Positions 24,121-34,860 of a DNA stretch of 64,000 nt are shown one piece after another; within the stretch, counting starts at the first letter, position 1; each line of letters begins with the position of its first letter. Made by a program: the position numbers and the translations under genes. Below the pieces are notes generated by a model that ran no database searches, was not told where the DNA came from, and worked only from the letters and a program-made list of their open reading frames with translations. The stretch is from Nitrospirales bacterium (GTDB taxonomy: Bacteria > Nitrospirota > Nitrospiria > Nitrospirales > UBA8639): the NCBI GenBank assembly GCA_965203295.1, contig CBDBCZ010000018.1, positions 1,568,001 to 1,632,000 of the forward strand. Reading direction: 5' to 3'.

Positions 24121-25633
24121 ATGCTAATTATCAATAATAATTTAATTGTGGTGATGGCACTGTCAACATTGAATCAGCGAATCAGCGAAATGGCCGAAGT
24201 TAACGATAGTGGGAGCGTGAAAGATGCGTTCGACTTTGCGCTAGACAAGCTGGGGTACGAAAAACTCAGACCGGAGCAGGACAAGGTATTGCGAGCCTTT
24301 GTCAGCGGGAGAGACGTCTTTGCTGCCTTGCCCACTGGTTACGGGAAGTCATTGTGCTTTGCCCTTTTGCCTGTTGTGTTCAACCGCTTGAGGGGAAAGA
24401 GCAGCTCCATTGTTATCTGCGTTTCCCCGCTTACATCGTTGATGCTGGACCAGAGAGAGAAATTCTCTCAAGTTAGTCTAGTGACAGAGTTTGTGGGCGA
24501 GGCACAGCAGGATCCAAACGTCATTGCTAGGGTGAAGGATGGAAAAGTCCAGCTACTGTACATCAGCCCAGAGTCTTTGCTGAGAAACTATCAGTGGAGG
24601 GAAATGCTTCGATCTGAGGTGTACAGAGAGAACCTGGTGGCGTTTGTGGTTGATGAGGCCCACTGTGTCAAACAATGGTAAGTTATACATGTACATGGTA
24701 AATATATCGGTCGTAGTGAAACTACTGTCTGTGTGAAAAGCATGTTCAGACTCAATTCAGCTACTTCTGTTGTTTTCTCGTGGCAGGGGAGACGCTTTCA
24801 GGGTTGAATTTGCAAGACTTGGTGAGGTACGCAGTCTTATTCCTCCCCATGTAAATGTTCTGGCACTGACTGCAACAGCAACCAAGGCAACCAGGAAGGC
24901 TGTAATAAAGAGACTAAGCATGAAAAGTCCAGAAATTATTTCAATCACTCCAGACAAGCCAAACTTGTTGTACCTTGTTCGAGAGAAGCCAGAAGAGTTA
25001 GAAAATGCCATGACATCTCTCATAGAGAAGTTACGAAAACATGAATTACCTGCCGACCATAAAATCATCATTTTCTGCCGTAAATACAATGAGTGTAGCC
25101 AACTTTACAGGCTGTTTAAGTCACAATTAGGTAGTCACTTCACTGAACCTATAGGTGCTCCTGATCAGCTTGCCAGATTTCGGACAGTCGACATGTTTTG
25201 TAAATGCACAGAAGTGGGTGTAAAAGAGAGCATCGTTTCTTCATTTTGTAACTCTGCCAGCCCATTGAGAATAGTGATCGCAACAATTGCCTTCGGAATG
25301 GGCCTCGATTCTCCTTGCATACGGCAGGTAATACACTGGGGGCCTTCAAGCCAGATAGAGGATTATGTTCAAGAAGTTGGCCGGGGTGGCCGCAGTGGGA
25401 AGGTGTCACTTGCTGTACTGTACTTTAAGAAAGCAGACCAGCAGAATACAAGCAAGTGTATGATGGACTATTGTCGAAATACGTCAGACTGTCGTCGCAA
25501 GATATTGTTTGAGGGGTTTGATGGTAGTAACCAGCTAACTCCTCCTTCCAGTAAATGTGCCTGTTGTGATGTTTGTTCTAAGAGCTGTGGGTGTGGAAAG
25601 TGCCAGGACATTTTATCACAATTTGTGTTGTAA
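24121..25633 (+). CDS. RecQ-family (SF2) DNA helicase of AcademH; 2 exons (to 24677; 24787-25633)
   Basis: Motifs LPTGYGKS, VVDEAHCV, LTATAT, ATIAFGMGLD, QEVGRGGR and a C-terminal CRR...CCDVC zinc site. The start could be 24121, 24154 or 24190. Confidence 0.93.
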
Positions 25634-25785
25634 TTATCACCCTAGTAAGTCACAATCATACCGCTTCTGTATCTGCATGCATGCAGGTCCTGACCTATCT
25701 ATATACATGTACACTATTCATAATACAGTATCCCTTACAATGAATCTCACCCTTTGGAAACACAGTTAATACAATATGACATAAG

Positions 25786-28700
25786 CTATAAAGTTAGCTT
25801 CTCAAAGTGCTGTTGCATCCACTGTACAATGTCCTCTTTGTTCACTTTGCTGAGAATACTTCCTCGCATGTTTTTAAATGTGGAGTGCTTGCGATCACTT
25901 TTGTACTGGAACACCTTTGAGTGCGTTACAAGCTCGCGGAGAACTTTCTCCAAGTCCAACTTGAAGGATGCAACAGTATGACCAGATAAAGTAGGCGCAA
26001 CAAATGTATTCCGATCGTACTGTTGACAAACTTTCATTAGAGGTCCAGCACACTTGCCTATTCTAGTTATTGCTCTTGGTGTGACATTAGCTCCAAGATT
26101 ACTAACAGCTGTTTTTACAAAGCGGTTACAGTGCTCCAGATGTAAATCACAGGATATATTGTGCCCTGGTTTTCCTACAGTATTAACAAATCTAGACCAC
26201 AGTAGTTGCTGTTTGAGCCTTTCAGGAAACAAAACTCCATGTTGGGCTAATAATGTGAGAGCCTCAATAGCATAATTTTTTCTACGTGATGCTTTGAATG
26301 CTAAAAGTAAAAATTTCCAGCAACGAATGTCCCGAGGGCCATCCCCTTCCCGAATGGAATCATGAAATTCTTCATAAAGGAGGGAGAGCGTCAGTGTCTC
26401 CTTGGCATACTCGTAAACACCATCAACTGACTCTTTTTTCTTCTTGCCTTGATCTGAAGAGCCGGGTTCCTTTGATTGAAGTTCCGAAGAGCGTGATTTC
26501 TTGGTTGGAGGTTTATCATGAAGAATGTCAAGATTGGTGAACTGATTCACTATAGCTTTGGAGATATTAGTCAGGATTTCTCTTTTCTTGGACACCCTTT
26601 GCGATGCAAAATTACTTGGGAGCAATGGACTATGAACATCATCTTCCAATGAAGTCATGTCAAGGAGCTCCATACCTGCTGCCAGGATGTGACCGACCAT
26701 AATCAATTCCAGGAAGTCTTCACAGGCGTTCATGTCTGACTTGGGTTTGAAAGGGACATTTGTCCTGTTGATTAAGTTCTTGAGTTGCATGAGCGTACCT
26801 CCATCCTGGTTTGAATCCTTTCGCAACAAAGCCTTCCATATCACCTGTGACAATATTATGAGTAAATAGCAATACATATCCCGTTGAATTGTCACTATAA
26901 ATGTACACAATGTACATACGTACTCACCCCCATAAAACACTGCTTTGCATGCCAGTCTTCGACAACTGGCACGAACCCTTGTAGCCCTGCAGAAGCTGAT
27001 TCTGAATTCTCACGAATCCTCTGGGCTCCTCCAACTCGAGCTACAGTTAATTGATCTCCTCCCAGAAGGATGTGATGAAACTCATCAACCTGGAGTGTTA
27101 CCTGTTGCTCTGACGATATGTCAACCTTCTTTTCTTGGTGATGTGTAGGGACATACTGGTGAAGGCTTTCCAGGATGCTCACCATGTCATCAAGCTTATT
27201 CTCATCTTTGAGAATAATGCCAAGGGGTGTCTAATTTAAAGACAAAAATTATTGGGTATGTGTAAGACCAGTACAGAAGTATTGTGCAGATTCTATGTAC
27301 TTACCACTTCAGAGTATCGTGACATTTCTTCGTAGTACTGGTGCTTGATGTGCTTCTGTACTGCTGGCTCTAGATGCTTCAAGGCTGGTATGTATTGAAC
27401 TAGAACTCGGGAGACTAGGACTGAGAAGTTGCCTCTGATGGCTCTAAGATCATCTTCATTAGGAAGTAGTGCTTCCACATTAAAAGCAGGTGAGCGTAGA
27501 GCTTCGGGGTTTACATCTGAAAACTTGGAAAAATCAACACGATCCTGGACAGCCATGATGTTAAAATAGTGAAGGGACTTCGTCTGGTTGTCAAACCGCT
27601 GTCGTCGAGGACGGATGGTCTTATCGATATTGTCCCCGACGATCTTGAATCCACTCCAAGTTTGTGAAGGGGAATCAGCTTTTTCTGGTGGAGTCAGCAC
27701 TGCAACGGGGGATTGAGGTAGAACTTTTTCTGTCCGAGATTCCGGCTGTTGATCTTCATCAGATAATCCAGAGAACGAAGACATTTCATCTGTAGAAACT
27801 CGCCATGGGGAGAAGGCAGGATGTGTAGGTGACCGTAGAAATGAAAATGAATCAAAGCCGAAGCTGACATCAGTAAGATCTTGTGTGGTTTTCCGTGGCG
27901 TGGAAGCTAAGAGTGGTACATCAAAGCTGTCTTCAGGCAGGTCACCATAATCATCTGCTCCTGAACTTTCCAGGTCACTGAGACTGATATTTGCAAAGGC
28001 ACTTAGCACCTGGTTTGCCAGTGCAGCACTCTCCTATATGCATGGGGTATTATGTATAAGTTAAAGGTCAGTTTGGGTGAGGAGAGTTTAAAGTCCGAGG
28101 CGAAGCCGAGGATTTTAACCCCTCACCCAAACTGACCTTTAACTGATTTAATGTACATTGGTATAGCACTGATCCCTATATGTGGCCTCGTTTGAGTGCT
28201 ATAAGCGTGGAAAAAATTGGTTGCCATGGTAATGTACATTAAATTCAATAAATACCTTGTAGTGTGTATTAAATAGTATTATGTACCTTGAGCTGTACTA
28301 TCTGTTCTACCCTGGGAAGTAGTGCATCCTTCCATTCCATCACAGGTTCATCATGATCCGCCCCAAGTGAATCTAGCAGCCTAATGGTAGCACTTGGACT
28401 GAGGCATATCATAGATTTCTGAAGTCTGCAGAAGACCTATATATTTTAGTAAACACATTTTTCAAAAAATATGAGCTATAAAGTTAATATACAGCTAGCT
28501 ACACTTACCTGTTTGCTGGCATGTCCTGCTTGCAGAATCATCGAAATAACAGACTGCACTAGGCATGCTTTGGGGTTGCGGAACTTTGCCAGAATGGCTG
28601 CGCACATGCACACCACAGGTTTTACACGCTCCGGATACACTCGTCGCTTTACTGTGCAGGCTTGAAGAACAGACAAGAGAACAGGGGTGGCTTTAATCAT

Positions 28701-29564
28701 CTCCAGCCATAGTGACTCCCAGCTGAAGTACTCAAGAGCTATTTGGGATGTTTCCAGCAGAACGGAATTAAATTTGTTGGAGCAAAGGAGCTTTAGTTCC
28801 TTGCTCACAATTTTCCCAACCTCTGCAATCACTTGGCCTTTCATGCTGGGATCTTTTAGAGCAAATTTCACCACTGATTTAACTTTGCCTACACTAGCCA
28901 ATCGGGCTAGCTGCTTCAGTGAACCTTTTGGGTAACGGTATGCAGGTTTCTTATACCCAATCACAACCTATAGTTAATAAGAAGCATTGGATATTTATAA
29001 ACCCAAACAGTGCACAGACATAGATCGTGCCGTTACAGTCGGTGACTTTCCCGTTTCAGGAGGCGCCACAGCAAACTGTAGTTGTCTACGTGAGACAGGA
29101 GATTGGAGAAATGCCCGTTTAGCAGGAGGTGGCAGACTATCGTGACTGGATGTCCGTTTTCCGAGCTGCACGCAGCTAGCGCTTCTGGCAGGCTGAGCAT
29201 GCGCAGCTTTCTGTGAAGGGTACAGTGTCTCCAAACTACCTAAAATGTCAGTGCGAAGCACCAGCACGTCCTTCTCCAGTTTCTGCAGCTTTTGAAGCCT
29301 CCGCAAACATGGTCTGCAGATGTAGCCCTCACTGCTGGCAGGAACAAGTAGTCGCTCAGTTTCTTCTTTGCTCTTCTGTCCATCAGTGCGCTCTTGCAGT
29401 AGTCCTACCAACGTTGGAACGACTGCTGCCCCCTCTTGGCTCGATAGCTTTCTTCGCTCCCTAGAATCTACAATGTACTTGCCACAACAGCAACACGAAC
29501 CAGCGGCCATAACAGCTGCACTAACACAAACAGCTATACATACATTATGGAGCCACGTGGCCAC
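25786..29564 (-). CDS. AcademH transposase (DUF6589-like), 6 exons
   Basis: Exons ~29510-29031, 28968-28509, 28437-28287, 28034-27305, 27230-26927 and 26844-25786 join in frame (intron 1 needs a GC donor). Motifs GDNID, GGDQLT, EDWHA and DLHLEHCN; N-terminal Cys-rich segment. Confidence 0.85.
28059..28244. mobile_element. Small hairpin element with central CGAGGCGAAGCCGAG motif, inside a transposase intron
   Basis: 24-bp stem AGTTAAAGGTCAGTTTGGGTGAGG/CCTCACCCAAACTGACCTTTAACT (28059-28144), followed by a second inverted pair ATTTAATGTACATT/AATGTACATTAAAT. Confidence 0.7.
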
Positions 29565-29759
29565 GCGCGCACCTTGCGGTTAATCAAGCGTACGCGTAAT
29601 TACGTTCCATAAATTCCAACTCCACGTTCCATACATTCCTCCGCTACGCGTAGCGGTAACGCAATCTCCCAGACCCTCCCTTCGTTTTACTTTTCCCTAC
29701 TTTACCGCGGGGGGAGGGCTCTGGGTACAAGACTAATCTGCCACCGTTACCTGAATTCT

Positions 29760-32700
29760 CCCGAAAATCAAACACATACAAAGGCATTGGAGATGTAGTG
29801 CATGTGTTTGGTCATGATCAGAAACACTTACACAGAGCAGAAACGCTCCCAAAATTCAAACACGATGATTTTGCATATGCATTATTACTAACTGACAGAC
29901 AGATACATGTACAGCCGAGATACGCTCCCAAAATTCAAACAATGACCAGCATAATTACAATACAATTGCAAATGCAGTGGTTAGACCTTGTATATCTTGT
30001 CAGAAGCGCTCACAATGAGCTGAAACGCTTCCAAAATTCAGGCACAATGGTATAATGTATAATGGTATTGAAAATGCTGTATATGTATGAACAAAAACGC
30101 TCACAAAGTGTAGCAACTCACCCAAAAAATGATTTAGATCAAGGTATTGAAAATGCAGTGTATACGTCTTGTCAGAAATTTTCAAAAGGAGCAGAAACGT
30201 GCCCGAATTTTAAACACAATGATTTGGCATATAAAAGTATTGAAAATGTAGAATATATCTCTTGTCAGAAACGTTACAAAGATCAGAAACTTTTCAAAAA
30301 TTCAAACACAATGACATAAGATATAAAGATACTGAAAATACGGTGTGTATATCTTGTCAGAAACGCTTACGTAATTACAGAGAATAAAAACGTGCTCAAA
30401 ATTCAAAAAACGATGACTTAGCATATCCTGGCATAGAAAATGCAGTGTATATTCTCATCAGAAACGCTCACAACGAGCTGAAACGCCCCTAAAATTCAAA
30501 CACAATGTTTTAGTATAAACTAATGTATAAATATTCAGTTGAATAATTGAAAATGCACTTCATGCATCTTGTCAAAAATGTTCACAAAGTGCAGAAACGC
30601 TCCTGAAATCATTTTGGCTCTAATGGTATAGTGAAAATGTAGTACAAGTATCTAGTCGAAAAAGATTACTAATTTCTAAGAGCTAAACTGTTCCCAAAAT
30701 TCAAACACAATGATTTAGGATACAAAGCTACTGAAAGTGCAGTGGATATATCTGGTCAGAAACGCTTACAAAGAGCAAAAACGCTCCCGAACTTCAAACA
30801 CTATGATTTAGCATATAATGGCATTAAAAATGCAGTGTATATATCTTGTCAGAAACGATCTCCAAATTCCAACATTATAGCGAAATTGCAATTAAAGGAA
30901 TTGAAAATGCAGTGCATGTGCCTTGAATGTTATAAATGATTACAAAGAGCTGAATGCTTTCGAAATTCAAAAACAATCGTTTAGCACATAAAGAAATTGA
31001 AAATGCTGTGCATATATCTTGCATAAACGGTCACGAAGACTACAAACTTTCTGAAGTTCAAGCTCAATGATTTCGCATATAAAAGACGGTGTATATTTAT
31101 ATCGGAAGCATTTCTGCTCTCCGTAAACGATGATCGTTTACGGAGAGCAGAAATGCTTCCGATATAATTATTATAACCACCATCATTTAGCATATAATAT
31201 AAGTGTATTGAAAATTCGGTGGACATTATAATCATGTCAGAAACGCTGAAAACGAGTAGCTACAAGACTGAATTTCAAACCATATAAGGGTCTTTAAAAT
31301 GCAGTGTACATAACTTGTCAGAAACGTTCATAACAAGTAGAAACGTCCCAAAAATTCAAACACAAAATGATTGAACATATTATAATGCTATTGCTAATGC
31401 AGTGTATATATGTAGTCACAAACGCTTACAAAGAGCAGCAACACTCCCAAAATTCAAACACAATGATATAGAGTAAGGCATTGAAAATGTAGTGCATGTG
31501 TTTTGTCAGAAATGCTTACGAAGAGCGGAAACGTTCCCGAAATTTAAAACACAATGCTTCAGCATGATATAATTATAGTGAAATGCTGTGTATAGTCTTG
31601 TTAGAAACGCTTGAAATGAGCAGAAACGTTCCCAAAGTATAAACGCAATGATTTAGCATACAAGGGTATTGAAAATAAAGTTATATCTCGACAGAAACAT
31701 GCACAATGAGCAGAAATGTTCCCGAAATTAAAATGCACAGATTTAGGATAAAATGGTATAAAATGCAGTGTGTTTGTCCTGTCAAAAATGCTGACAAAGA
31801 GCGAAACTTTCCCCAAAGTCAAACACAGTAATTTTGCCTATAATGGTTTTTAAAATGCAGTGCATGTATCGTATCAGAAAGTTTTATAAGAGGTACAATC
31901 ATTTCCGAACTCAAATATTAGGATATGAAACAAGTATTGGAAGTATGCTGGTTATGTCTCTTATCAGAAGCTCTGAAAAGATGAGACGCTCCCAAATTCA
32001 AACGCGTCTACGTAAGTTCATCATACAACACAGAAAAATTTCTCTCCCTTCTCTTCGTATGCGATGTTGTGTGTATGGGCATGTACGTGTGTCTAACTTA
32101 CTGTGTAAAACACATGTACATGATTGTCCATATATATACACTAACACAGAATGTATTAAAAAGGTGATTAATTCCTTCAAAAACTGTAAATATGTACAGT
32201 TGCTGTCAGATTGTAAACTATTTGTAGGTATATATCATTTAAATGTCAAGTGTATTATTTATAGCTATTTTCTTCACAGGTTCCCAGAATAGTAAAAGCT
32301 CATACAGTAACCCCTGGGAAGATGCTGTCCCTGTTCAAGGACAATGTTTGTCAGGTACATTAACTTGTAGGCCTTGTCTGCTATTGGATATGACCTTAAC
32401 TGGGAATCTTGGTACATGTTTTGCAGTTTCTTGTGGAGGTACTACATCAGAAGAAGGGTTTCATTTTGATGGCAGACAAAAAAGAACCATTTTATCAGGT
32501 GCTTGTGTAGAATCCTCATGTTGTGAAATGCAGAGTTTCCTTGCAAGGTCTTGCAGAATTTTGTAAGTTATCTAGCAGACTTCTTGCCTAAGCAGGACTC
32601 ACAAGGATTTTGGCCTCTTGCATGATCTTGCATTTTATTTTTTGCAAGCCCTTGCAAAACTTCTCATCATGCAACAAAAATCTTGCAAGGTGTTAGAATC

Positions 32701-32815
32701 TTGTGTTAAAATTTGCGTGACTCATAGAAAAATCCTGCAAGATCTGGTGCAAGAACCTTGCAAGACATTCATCAGCTTCCTTATATATTGACTCCAGTTG
32801 CCCTGGATAACAATA
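29760..32815 (+). repeat. ~93-bp minisatellite block plus downstream unique tail, copy 2
   Basis: Colinear with 9120-12505 and reverse-complementary to 42015-44135. Ends in a CTTGCAAG-rich tract (32540-32770). Confidence 0.9.
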
Positions 32816-32904
32816 GATAATTATGTATATAATACGTATTTCTGTCTTATATGATTTCTGTATTATATATAAGCTTGCTATTGTTTGGTGCATTCTATGT
32901 GACC

Positions 32905-33110
32905 ATTATCCAGTGTTGTGAGCATTTTCTGATAGTTGTGAGCATTTTCTGGAGTTGTGAGCATTTTCTGATATAGTTGTGAGCAATATCCAGTGTTGTG
33001 AGTACTTTTAGGGGTTATGAGCAATATCCAGTGTTGTGAGTACTTTTAGGGGTTATGAGCAATATCCAGTGTTGTGAGTAATTTCTGGAGTTGTGAGCAT
33101 TTTGTGGAGC
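32905..33110. repeat. ~19-bp tandem repeat (GTTGTGAGCATTTTCTGGA-like)
   Basis: About 10 degenerate copies of GTTGTGAG(C/T)A... Confidence 0.85.
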
Positions 33111-33799
33111 TGCGACCTTTGTCGTAATGGGCAGCAGAAAGATCTCAACATTGCATCCAGATTTGAAGGTGTTGCAGATGTGTGTATATGTTTATGTGGG
33201 TGTACATACATGTACGTGTATAGCCATTTGATTACCAGTTATATAAATAAAACCAGGGTGTATTAATAACAGCTAGAGCTCTGTATTGTGCATGATGTGA
33301 ATACAGAAAAGGGAAAAGTTAATTTGTAACATGTTTTTGACATCCACTTTGCACTTTCAGTCTGAGGGAGACTTTGACTCAGAGATGACCACTCTGCTTC
33401 TATCAAATATGAAGAATATCCTCAATCTCCTACTACTCCACTTGAGCACTCACAGGGAGAGAGTACTGGCTGGGATAAAGATGCTTGCAGAGATGAACCA
33501 GTTGGCTGGAGAGGAGAAACCACTGCAAATGGACAGTGAGAAGCAGATGGTGAGTTGGCATTGTCTTTACTGTGCCACCAGTGGAAGTGGCGTAGGTCAG
33601 AGTCTGAAGAAACATCTTTGTAGCAAATATTATTTGTGAGAGCTGCACGAAACTGTTCACAACGTTTCATAAAACCACTCTCATTGCAAATATTCACTTG
33701 TGAACTTTCATGAAACTTCACAAAGGATACATGTAGCTATATCCATGTACGTGAAGCTTCAGTCCAAAGCAGTTGGCATAATAGAGTTAATAACACCAG

Positions 33800-34860
33800 G
33801 TACATGTATACTCAGACGCGCTAGCACTGAATCCATAAATTCCCGGAAGTGAGCAGAGGCTTCGATTGCTAGTACAGACCGTTCACATTTTGATTGACAG
33901 TTTGGTGTTCCGCCTTGCTTGGTTCTGGAGCTATAAACTTCCAAGGTTTAAATTCTGACAAAGCTATGATCAGACAAATGTATGTATTGTTGGACTCCAT
34001 TCCATGTTTCCTCCCTAAAGTAACTTCGCGTGACCTTCCTTCCTTATTTGGAAGCCCCACTACCATACTGCTGCATGCCAACTTTTCGCCATGGTATCTG
34101 CTTTGAGCAGGGAGGGGTGCTGCTGAATGTAGAGCCGTATCACCCTCTCTGTAGTCGGACAGTGAATTTCGTCTTTATTTGGTGTAGAGACCCAAAAACA
34201 CTCTCTATAACACTAAGGAATTGCATATTGTTGTTAAGTACAGGTGCTTAGCATCACAACAGTGCAAGCCCGATGTTTATACATTGCATGGTTCTCGAGA
34301 TAGAGAGAGATAGAGTCATTTATTTTAAAACTTACGATGCTGAATTAAGGCTTTTAGTGGATGAAATCAGATAAAACAGTTCTATCTCAGGAAGGACACA
34401 ACGTATAAACAACAGACTTGAACTTTTGTGTTGCTAAGTGTCTGTACATTCCCATCCTAACATTAGAGAGTGTTGTGGGGTCTCTACACCGAAAAAGAAA
34501 CAAATTCACTGTCCGATAGTGGAGAGAGTGACACGTACATCTCTACATTCAGCAGCACCCCACAGTGCTCAAAGCAGCTACGATGGCGAAAGGTTGGCAT
34601 GCAGCAGCATAGTAGTGGGGCTTCCCAATATATAAAGAAAGGTCACAGGAAGTTACTTCAGGGAGGAAACATGGAACGAAGTCCAATAATACATACATTT
34701 GTCTGATCATAGCTTTGTCAGAATTCAAACTTTGGAAGGCAAACAACGAAGGAACACAAAAATTTCAACTTGAAGTGCGAAGGTTCTGTACTGTCAAGTG
34801 AGTGCTCAGCCCACTTCCGATAGTTTACATGCTCAGCGCTAGCGTGTCTGATCATCAGTA
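33800..34860. repeat. Diverged ~1-kb foldback (inverted repeat)
   Basis: AATTCTGACAAAGCTATGATCAGACAAATGTATGTATT (~33950) is inverted at ~34690-34725. Similarity continues inward to ~34250/34440. Confidence 0.8.

Larger units (their letters stand above)
23998..29735. mobile_element. AcademH DNA transposon, apparently intact
   Basis: ~91-bp TIRs TAGTCTCGTACCCAGAGCCCTCC...CGCTACGCGTA. 9-bp TSD ATCTGCCAC (23989-23997, 29736-29744). Convergent RecQ helicase and transposase genes. Confidence 0.93.

Noticed and set aside
24121..25633. Host RecQ ortholog (BLM/WRN/RECQL)
   Set aside because: Minimal helicase lying inside TIRs and a 9-bp TSD opposite a transposase, so no host gene symbol was assigned.
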